Shown here: positions 9,925 through 16,105 of the stretch, piece by piece
How positions within the stretch are numbered: the first letter of the stretch is position 1
Layout of the letters: every line of letters begins with the position of its first letter
Assembly: GCA_003056265.1 (NCBI GenBank)
Contig: NBVN01000004.1
Location: 360,001 to 392,000, forward strand
Origin: Zestosphaera tikiterensis
GTDB lineage: Archaea > Thermoproteota > Thermoprotei_A > Sulfolobales > NBVN01
DNA: 32,000 nt
Reading direction: 5' to 3'
Notes under the pieces: generated by a model
What the model saw: the letters and a program-made list of their open reading frames with translations, nothing else
What the model was told of the DNA's origin: nothing
Databases searched by the model: none
Position numbers and translations under genes: made by a program

Positions 9925-10458
9925 ATGCAAATGAGCGGCGATCGTGGTGAAGGTGAAGGACGTGAAGGAGAACGTAAAGGTAAGATTGTGATAGCTGTTA
10001 GAGGTGTTGATGAAGATCTATATAGGAGGGTTAGCGCTTTAGCTAAAGAAACCGGGAGGACTATCGGGGAGCTTGTTAATGAGTCTATGAAGTTGTTGCT
10101 GGGTGCGGCTAATACGGCTTTAGAGAAAGGTAAAGAGTTAACTGGAACGACGGTGGTTTTAGCCCGTACATTCGGTGAAGGTCTTAAGGAAGGGTTTAAA
10201 GATGCATTAGTGATAAGTGATGTGGAGGAATTAAACTTAAGTAAGAAGGACTTAGAGGAAGTGTCTAAACCGGTTGTGTTGAAGAACGTTAAGAAACTCA
10301 TAATAGAGGATGACGTACCTTACGAACTATTTAAGAGTAAGGTCTTAAGCATCACGTTCTGTGATGAAGTGGTTATACCTTCGAACTATCCAAAGCTTGA
10401 GGTCTTAAGCGTCTGTAGAATGGTTAAGAAGCTCATGTTTAAAGATAGGAAGGTTTGA
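9925..10458 (+). CDS. ribbon-helix-helix (CopG-like) domain protein with uncharacterised C-terminal domain
   Basis: This is the trimmed form of track ORF 9604-10458; the upstream third is antisense to sfsA. It reads MQMSGDRGEGEGREGERKG, then KIVIAVRGVDEDLYRRVSALAKETGRTIGELVNESMKLLL (an RHH pattern), then about 110 aa of unknown domain. Confidence 0.5.
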   Translation: MQMSGDRGEGEGREGERKGKIVIAVRGVDEDLYRRVSALAKETGRTIGELVNESMKLLLGAANTALEKGKELTGTTVVLARTFGEGLKEGFKDALVISDVEELNLSKKDLEEVSKPVVLKNVKKLIIEDDVPYELFKSKVLSITFCDEVVIPSNYPKLEVLSVCRMVKKLMFKDRKV

Positions 10459-10511
10459 TTTTCATCATGGCTTTAGACGTAAAGCTTATATACTAAACCC
10501 AATAGAGTTTT

Positions 10512-11822
10512 TTGGTGTCAAGCATGGATCTTACGGCGATTTTTCCGGGGCTCGCTGTAGGCGATCCTGTGGAGTTGGGTATAAGGCTTATTTTTATGGT
10601 GTGGGGTTTCGTCCTACTTTATTTAGGCTTAAGGAAGGTTGAGCCTTTGCTAATGATTCCGTTGGGTGTGGGGATGATATTAGCAAACGCTCCAGGGTTA
10701 CACTTAGCTCAATATAATTGCGCTGTTTATACATTAGAGGAATATAGTAAATTAAATTTAGGTGGTTTTGCGGGATTGGCTAACGTAATTCAAGTAGGTG
10801 ACCTAGTTAAGGTATGTAGTCCTGGAGCGACGTCGTTGCTTGCTTGGATATTTCATTTAATCGTTAGGACGGAGATAGGGCCTATACTGATTTTCGTCGG
10901 TATAGGCGCGATTTCAGACTTTAGGCCTTTACTTTCGTTTCCAGTAGGTGCTTTAATAGGTTCAGCCGCTCAACTCGGTATTACGGTGGTTACGTTACTC
11001 GCCTTAGCTATAGGCGTTTTTAAACTACCTGAAGCCATGGCTATAGGGGTTGTTGGAGGTGCTGACGGACCTACAACCATATATACAGCTACCAACATCG
11101 CACCTCAGTTGATAGGTCCTCTAACTATAGCTGTTTACAGTTACATAGCTTTAGTCCCGATAATTCAACCTCCGATAGTGAGGGCTTTAGTTCCTAAGAA
11201 GATTAGAGGTGTGAAAATGCCTAGACCTAGAGAGGTCGGCTCTAAGGAGATCATAATCTTCTGGATAATAACTATAGCTGTGATAGCTTTTTTAGTTCCA
11301 GCCGCTCTACCGTTGGTTATAGCTGTTGCTCTGGGCAACATAGTTAAAGAGTCCGGCATTTCTGAGGTCGTGGCTAGGTACGGTAAAACCATAGCGGATC
11401 CCCTACTCGACACAGCCACTATATTGACGATGATTGGCGTGGGTTCGACCTTATCCTACGATTTCCTAGGCCAGTACGTCATGGAAGCTGGTCACGTAGC
11501 TTACTTAACCTTCATAGGTAAGGCATTCTTAATACTTGGGCTGGGGTTGGTTGCTTTCGCCGTATCAACAGTAGGTGGGATTGCTTTCGCTTGGGCTCTT
11601 TACGTAATAACGAAAGGTAAGGTAAACCCAGTTATAGGCTGTGCTGGAGTTTCAGCAGTACCTATATCCGCTAGAGTAGCTCAAAGAGAAGCTCAATCTG
11701 TAGATCCTACAACATACGTGTTATTCCACGCTTTAGGACCTAACGTAGCGGGCGTCATAGGAACGGCTATAGTGGCTGGATACTACATATCTTACATAAA
11801 GAGCTTCTACCCACTACCTTAA
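10512..11822 (+). CDS. Na+-translocating decarboxylase beta subunit (OadB/MmdB/GcdB family)
   Basis: 436-aa polytopic ORF with family blocks VEPLLMIPLGVGMILAN, GGADGPTTIY, NPVIGCAGVSAVPISARVAQ and LFHALGPNVAGVIGTAIVAG. Confidence 0.85.
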   Translation: MVSSMDLTAIFPGLAVGDPVELGIRLIFMVWGFVLLYLGLRKVEPLLMIPLGVGMILANAPGLHLAQYNCAVYTLEEYSKLNLGGFAGLANVIQVGDLVKVCSPGATSLLAWIFHLIVRTEIGPILIFVGIGAISDFRPLLSFPVGALIGSAAQLGITVVTLLALAIGVFKLPEAMAIGVVGGADGPTTIYTATNIAPQLIGPLTIAVYSYIALVPIIQPPIVRALVPKKIRGVKMPRPREVGSKEIIIFWIITIAVIAFLVPAALPLVIAVALGNIVKESGISEVVARYGKTIADPLLDTATILTMIGVGSTLSYDFLGQYVMEAGHVAYLTFIGKAFLILGLGLVAFAVSTVGGIAFAWALYVITKGKVNPVIGCAGVSAVPISARVAQREAQSVDPTTYVLFHALGPNVAGVIGTAIVAGYYISYIKSFYPLP

Positions 11823-11837
11823 GCTCTAATCACTTAG

Positions 11838-11842
11838 TTTTT
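11838..11842 (+). terminator. T5 tract after the oadB-like gene
   Basis: TTTTT lies 16 nt after the stop. Confidence 0.3.
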
Positions 11843-12249
11843 ATAAACTTTCTCAACTCTTTAAGACTACTAAGGGTTGAGACTATAGTTAGAATCGATA
11901 AAGACAGGATTTTTAAAGCTATATGGATCTCGGCTTTTATAGTGGCTAATCTAACAGTGTTTCTCCTAATGCCTTATAGGGCTGTAGTCCATTTAATGAT
12001 GTTCTACACATCAAGCTTAATGACATACTTCATAACTTTAACAGCTTTAATCGCCATCACCCACATAAAAGAGGAAGCAAACCTAAGTTACTGACTTAAA
12101 CCTTAAACATACAACGCATAATTACGTCTTTGACTCTGTTTTACTTGACAGTCCCGACGAAGTAACTTATATCAACACCTTCTAAAGTGTGGTACGAGTT
12201 AAGTTAACCTCTTGTTCAATAGGGGTTGAAAGTAACCTTTAGTTAAGGC

Positions 12250-12257
12250 TTTAAATA
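12250..12257 (+). promoter_or_regulatory. TATA-box candidate for the Lrp/AsnC gene
   Basis: TTTAAATA lies about 23-32 nt upstream of the GTG 12280 and ATG 12289 starts. Confidence 0.45.
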
Positions 12258-12279
12258 GTGATGAGCGTATTTTAGTGAG

Positions 12280-12714
12280 GTGTTGTTGATGAAGGAGAGG
12301 ATTGATGAAATCGATATGAAGTTGATTAAGTTACTTAAGGAGAACGCTAGGATGAAGTACTCTAGTCTGGCGTTGGAGTTAGGTATAAGTGAGTCAGCCG
12401 TTAGGAAAAGGCTTAGGAAGTTAGTGTCTTTAGGAATCATCAAGAAGTTCACTATAGAGTATGTAGTCCCGAATGAGGTGAGGGCGGCTATACTTATAAA
12501 AACATCGCCTCTAAAACCCGTGCCTGAGGTTTCTAAGGAGATAGTGAAGATTGAGGGTGTGGATACAGTTTATGAAGTTACAGGCGATAACGACATATTA
12601 GTTATTGTGAAAGCACCGTCTATAGACGCAATAAACAAATGCATAGATAAAATAAGAGCTATTCCAGGAGTGGCTAGTACGAACACCTTAATAATACTAA
12701 GATCTTGGAGTTAG
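12280..12714 (+). CDS. Lrp/AsnC family transcriptional regulator
   Basis: 144-aa ORF with an HTH_AsnC pattern (IDEIDMKLIKLLKENARMKYSSLALELGISESAVRKRLRKLVSLGIIKKF) and a C-terminal RAM/AsnC_trans_reg-like domain. Alternative start ATG 12289. Confidence 0.85.
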   Translation: MLLMKERIDEIDMKLIKLLKENARMKYSSLALELGISESAVRKRLRKLVSLGIIKKFTIEYVVPNEVRAAILIKTSPLKPVPEVSKEIVKIEGVDTVYEVTGDNDILVIVKAPSIDAINKCIDKIRAIPGVASTNTLIILRSWS

Positions 12715-12852
12715 TATACGCGATCACTTAAAGAACTGCGGAAGCTCACGCTTACACAGCCTCTAAAGCATTTATCAAGCGACATGTTTAAAAAAGTTTA
12801 AACTAATGACGTTAAGTTACAACTGAAAGCCTCGCCTTTTAAGATGGGCGCG

Positions 12853-12863
12853 AAGGTTTATAA
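12853..12863 (+). promoter_or_regulatory. TATA-like box AAGGTTTATAA in the left arm, pointing into the palindrome
   Basis: An identical 11-mer is present on the opposite strand at 13456-13466. It is conserved in a part of the arms that is otherwise about 80% matched. Confidence 0.3.
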
Positions 12864-13024
12864 GTTGTTTCTTCTAATTTGTTTTGGTGATGATGTTTAA
12901 TGTGTGTGGGAGGTAAACCTCAAGCGAAACAATTAAAGCATACGCACAATCCATACCATGCCTCCCACACGAAGTCTTGAGATCATCTAAAGGTCGATGA
13001 TTGATGAAGGTATTCCATAACCCC

Positions 13025-13292
13025 GAGTCCCTATGGGATAGGGGTAATGGGCCGGAGGCCCGGCCCGGAGGTGAATGAAGAAAGATGTACCTCCAAACCA
13101 ATGAACCGCTTAGGAAGGGGGAACCCTCACCCTTCAGGACGGGGAGAGGGTCATAAACGCTTAAGTTAGCTGAAGAAACGCCGCAAACGCTCCTGATAAT
13201 GGATAGGGGATTAGCTCAGAGAAACTGACCTCCTCCCCGTCCTGAAGGGCGGGGTTTCCACTGCTGGGTCTTGAGCGATACCCCTCCTTAAG
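13025..13292. other. GC-rich structured core of the palindrome (candidate structured RNA or DNA junction; family unknown)
   Basis: Hairpins at 13049-13066 (7 bp, loop AGGC) and 13067-13094 (6 bp, 16-nt loop). Stem 13109-13120/13281-13292 has 11 of 12 positions paired. Stem 13125-13153/13226-13254 contains a perfect 16-bp run, 13130-13145/13234-13249. Confidence 0.4.
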
Positions 13293-13451
13293 GGGGTTAT
13301 GGAATACCTTCATCAATCATCGACCTTTAGATGATCTCAAGACTTCGTGTGGGAGGCATGGTATGGGTTGCGTGTATGCTTTAGTTGATATTGCTTAAGT
13401 TTTACCTCCCACACACATCAAGCATCATCACCAAGAATAAATTAGAAGCAA

Positions 13452-13778
13452 TTATTTATAAACCTTTCCATCCCCACCATAAATGGCGAGGCTTTCAGTT
13501 GTGACGGTGTTCCAGTGTTGAGGCGGTGTTTTAACATCTTTAAGTTCAACCCTACCTCCTCGATCGTTAATGTATTCGTAGATTTTCATTGCGTGGCTTA
13601 ATTCCTCTTTAGCCTGTATTTTCATCGAGTGAGCAAATCCTTTAAGGCCTTTATGGTCGAAGAACGTGGCCATAGAAAGATATAAATATGCTGAGTAGAG
13701 CTCATTGTTAAGTTGGGTGTTTAAAGCTTCTAACACTTTATCGCTTAACGTTTTTAACACCGTTAATATATCTAACAA
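13452..13778 (-). CDS. ferritin-like protein, 3'-truncated (probable pseudogene; only the N-terminal half of a ferritin)
   Basis: The 108-aa ORF matches the canonical ferritin N-terminal half (LNTQLNNELYSAYLYLSMATFFDHKGLKGFAHSMKIQAKEELSHAMKIYEYINDRGGRVELKDVKTPPQHW). Similarity stops there, and the last 16 codons are read from palindrome-arm DNA. Confidence 0.6.
   Translation of the reverse strand: MLDILTVLKTLSDKVLEALNTQLNNELYSAYLYLSMATFFDHKGLKGFAHSMKIQAKEELSHAMKIYEYINDRGGRVELKDVKTPPQHWNTVTTESLAIYGGDGKVYK
13456..13466 (-). promoter_or_regulatory. TATA-like box AAGGTTTATAA in the right arm, pointing into the palindrome
   Basis: Mirror copy of 12853-12863. It overlaps the last codons and stop of the truncated ferritin ORF. 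Confidence 0.3.
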
Positions 13779-13829
13779 TAGAGTTAATATATTTTATTGC
13801 TTAGGTGATTAACTTACTCTGAAATTTGG

Positions 13830-14129
13830 CTAAGCTTGCTTGAAGACTTTAGCTTTCATAATCCATAAACCTACTATAACGCCAGTTAAAGCTATAGAGC
13901 TTAACACAAAGTCTATAGTGGTTTTGGATATGACTGACACGTATATCTCCCTAATAGCTACGACTACGGCTGTCTCCATAAGTGCTAAGAGGTAGTCTTC
14001 ACTTCTAGCTGCTAAAACACTCCTTAAAAGCTCGGAAAATATGAATAGCAGAAGTATATAATCAACAATTATCTTCAACTCATTAACTGTTGACGAAGAT
14101 GAAAATATAACTGAGAGATCCCTTATCAT
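13830..14129 (-). CDS. PsiE-like membrane protein, C-terminal two-thirds (downstream half of a split gene)
   Basis: 99-aa ORF. DYILLLFIFSELLRSV and METAVVVAIREIY resemble the PsiE family blocks ([23 protein letters not shown] in E. coli PsiE, from memory). Confidence 0.45.
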   Translation of the reverse strand: MIRDLSVIFSSSSTVNELKIIVDYILLLFIFSELLRSVLAARSEDYLLALMETAVVVAIREIYVSVISKTTIDFVLSSIALTGVIVGLWIMKAKVFKQA

Positions 14130-14130
14130 A

Positions 14131-14331
14131 TTACCCTGAGACCGTTGCTATCATAACGGTCAGCGTTGCTAAGATTATCAAATCTATAACGTACATCAAC
14201 CAGTTAACGTATTTCCTTAACTTACTCTGTTCGGTAATACCCATAAAACATACCGTATTTAAAGTGCATCCAAACTTAAAAAGATGGAGATATAAGTTAT
14301 CTCTAGCTCTGATTACGATGTTTTCAAACAT
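14131..14331 (-). CDS. PsiE-like membrane protein, N-terminal fragment (upstream half of a split gene)
   Basis: 66-aa ORF ending in one TM helix (WLMYVIDLIILATLTVMIATVSG). Its stop TAA is separated by a single nucleotide from the ATG of ORF 13830-14129, which is in another frame. Confidence 0.4.
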   Translation of the reverse strand: MFENIVIRARDNLYLHLFKFGCTLNTVCFMGITEQSKLRKYVNWLMYVIDLIILATLTVMIATVSG

Positions 14332-14445
14332 TAAGTTAGATCCGTTAGTTTCATAAAGACTGTAGCTTTAATATTCGTGATTGCTTAACTAATTGTGGAC
14401 TTAACCTCTATGGAGTAATGAATATTAAGCTTTCTGTAGTTTAAG

Positions 14446-15303
14446 ATGTGGGTGTTAAACCTGAAGGTTTATGTTTCCGTAGATGCGGAAGGTCTTCCAG
14501 GTGTAGGTTCTATACATCACCTCGTTCCTAAAGGTGTTTTATACGATGAAGGTAGGACGATCTTCACGAAGTTCGTTAAGGAGGTATCGCTTAAACTCCT
14601 TAGTTTAGGAGTTAAGGACGTGTTGATTGCTGACAGTCACGGCTCTATGATTAATGTGAAGTATTTGGATGTTCCTGAAGGTGTGAAGCTACTCCACGGT
14701 TATCCAAGGATATATTCTATGGTTTATGGAGTGGGTAATTACGATGCAGCCATGTTCGTCGGTTATCACGCCCCGGCTGGGGGTTCAGCAGGTGGTTTTC
14801 TAGCTCATACCTATAGCGGAGCAACGATTCAGAGGGTTAAAGTCAATGGTGTACCGGTAAGTGAGTTTTACTTAAATGCTTTAGTGGCTGGTAAGTACGG
14901 CGTTCCCGTAGTGCTTGTCGCGGGGGACGAGGTTTTAAGAGGGGATGTTCAGAGGGTTTCCAAGGATATAGTTTTCGTATCTCTTAAATCTGGTGTCGGT
15001 CGATACGCTGCGATATCTAAAGACTTTAACACAGCTGTTAAAGACTTGCTAGCAGGTGTTGAGGAAAGTATGGTAAGGTTTAAGGAGGGTCGTATAAAGC
15101 CGTTAAAGCTTACTAGCCCAGCAACTGTTGATATAGAGGTTAAGAACGCTGGCGTAGCTGACATGGCTGAAACAATTAAAGGCGTTGTCAGAATTGATGA
15201 GTACACGTTAAGAGTTGTTACGGAGGACCCGGAGGAGATCATGAAGGTAGTTGAGGTTGTGGCTTGGTTAGGTACGGCGCTGCAGCAATTAACCAGCGTT
15301 TAA
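14446..15303 (+). CDS. dppA: D-aminopeptidase DppA (peptidase M55)
   Basis: 285-aa ORF with an M55-like N-terminus KVYVSVDAEGLPGV, plus DSHGSM and GYHAPAG. Confidence 0.8.
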   Translation: MWVLNLKVYVSVDAEGLPGVGSIHHLVPKGVLYDEGRTIFTKFVKEVSLKLLSLGVKDVLIADSHGSMINVKYLDVPEGVKLLHGYPRIYSMVYGVGNYDAAMFVGYHAPAGGSAGGFLAHTYSGATIQRVKVNGVPVSEFYLNALVAGKYGVPVVLVAGDEVLRGDVQRVSKDIVFVSLKSGVGRYAAISKDFNTAVKDLLAGVEESMVRFKEGRIKPLKLTSPATVDIEVKNAGVADMAETIKGVVRIDEYTLRVVTEDPEEIMKVVEVVAWLGTALQQLTSV

Positions 15304-15331
15304 CATTGTTAAAGAGGTTTGCTTTTAAATC

Positions 15332-16018
15332 TTAAGGTGGTATTTTCTCATCCTCTATTATATGGAATCTTTCAACAGTTACTTTAACCGCCGTAACCAC
15401 AGCTTTAACAACTAGATCTAAGCTCATACTCGGAGGTATGCCACACCAGCTTCTCTTAACTGATGCTTGCTCGGGTAGGTATGGTATATGCATATACCCA
15501 GCTCTTTTCGGGTAGCCGAACGTTGCTCCATGATGCAGTAATTCATAAAGAGCGAAGTTGCATAGGAACGTTCCAGCCGAATTCGAGATCATCGCCGGTA
15601 TACCTTCCTCCCTTAACTTCTTTAGAATGGATTTAATAGGTAGCGTTGTGAAGTATGCTGCCGGACCTTCAGGCTCTATAGGTTCATCTATAGGTTGATT
15701 ACCGTCGTTATCAGGTATTCTAGCGTCCATGACGTTTATAGCAACTCTTTCAAGCGTTACGTAGGAAATCCCACCCCATAAACCCAAGCTTAAAGCTATG
15801 TCTGGTTTATGGGTTTTTAGAAGTTCGTTTAAAGCTGTTCTAGCTCTCTTAAATGATACAGGTAACACAGCAGCAACAACGTCAACGTTCTCCAGCTTAC
15901 CTACAGCTAAAGCCGCCTCCTTAGCCACTATTTCTGAAGGGTTGACCTTCTCCTCCCCGAAAGGTTCATACCCAGTTATTAAAACTTTAAATTTATTGCT
16001 TGTTGACATACTTACCAC
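15332..16018 (-). CDS. pcp: pyroglutamyl-peptidase I (pyrrolidone-carboxylate peptidase, C15)
   Basis: 228-aa ORF with KVLITGYEPFGEEKVNPSE, LERVAIN, the catalytic-Cys context SNSAGTFLCN, and HIPYLPEQ. Confidence 0.9.
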   Translation of the reverse strand: MVSMSTSNKFKVLITGYEPFGEEKVNPSEIVAKEAALAVGKLENVDVVAAVLPVSFKRARTALNELLKTHKPDIALSLGLWGGISYVTLERVAINVMDARIPDNDGNQPIDEPIEPEGPAAYFTTLPIKSILKKLREEGIPAMISNSAGTFLCNFALYELLHHGATFGYPKRAGYMHIPYLPEQASVKRSWCGIPPSMSLDLVVKAVVTAVKVTVERFHIIEDEKIPP

Positions 16019-16105
16019 CCGATGATAGATTGTCGACGCCTTTTAATTTACATGTTGGGGATTGGTTTTAGTGTTTAAACGTTTTATTCCACATGAATTT
16101 CATAT

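Larger units (their letters stand above)
12816..13505. repeat. ~690-bp imperfect palindrome / foldback element (arms 12816-13024 and 13293-13505, core 13025-13292)
   Basis: I compared the reverse complement by eye. The outermost 18 nt are perfect (12819-12836 vs 13485-13502). The next ~115 nt match at about 80% with small indels. The inner 74 nt are perfect (12951-13024 vs 13293-13366). Confidence 0.9.

Noticed and set aside
11942-12094. Possible 50-aa small membrane ORF downstream of the oadB-like gene
   Set aside because: The hydrophobic frame is open from 11744 but has no canonical start before GTG 11942, which would cut the first predicted helix. There is no RBS or clear promoter. I mention it in a finding but do not call it as a gene.
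12211-12232. CRISPR-repeat-like word CTTGTTCAATAGGGGTTGAAAG (ends in GTTGAAAG like many crenarchaeal repeats)
   Set aside because: It is a single occurrence. No second copy or spacer periodicity is present anywhere in the window, and there are no cas genes.
12886-12896. C-box-like GTGATGA in both palindrome arms (possible C/D box sRNA)
   Set aside because: No D box (CTGA) or C'/D' arrangement occurs within the next ~80 nt on either arm.
12874-13101. 75-aa ORF inside the palindrome (MVWRYIFLHSPPGRASGPL...)
   Set aside because: It runs through the left arm and part of the core and has no motifs. The mirror arm does not keep an equivalent frame open (MEYLHQSSTFR, stop). It is most likely a chance ORF in repeat DNA.
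13205-13240. tRNA-like start GGGGATTAGCTCAGAG
   Set aside because: No matching D-stem closure (GAGC), anticodon arm, T-arm (GTTCRANYC) or acceptor 3' strand follows.
13251-13266. Origin-recognition-box-like word. GTTTCCACTG is the complement of CAGTGGAAAC, which resembles the archaeal ORB core.
   Set aside because: Only a single copy is present, with no repeated ORB or mini-ORB set. There is no adjacent AT-rich unwinding element, and no orc1/cdc6 or whiP gene in the window.
13025-13292. Palindrome core as SRP (7S) RNA or RNase P RNA. The layout of two 5' hairpins followed by a long helix superficially resembles an SRP Alu domain plus helix 5.
   Set aside because: I could not find the conserved helix-8 signature (AGG.CC-GNAR-GG.AGCA) or the RNase P CR-I/CR-V blocks on either strand. 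The apical region is AT-rich, which is unlike hyperthermophile structural RNAs. A ~200-bp flanking stem fits neither family. It still needs a cmscan.
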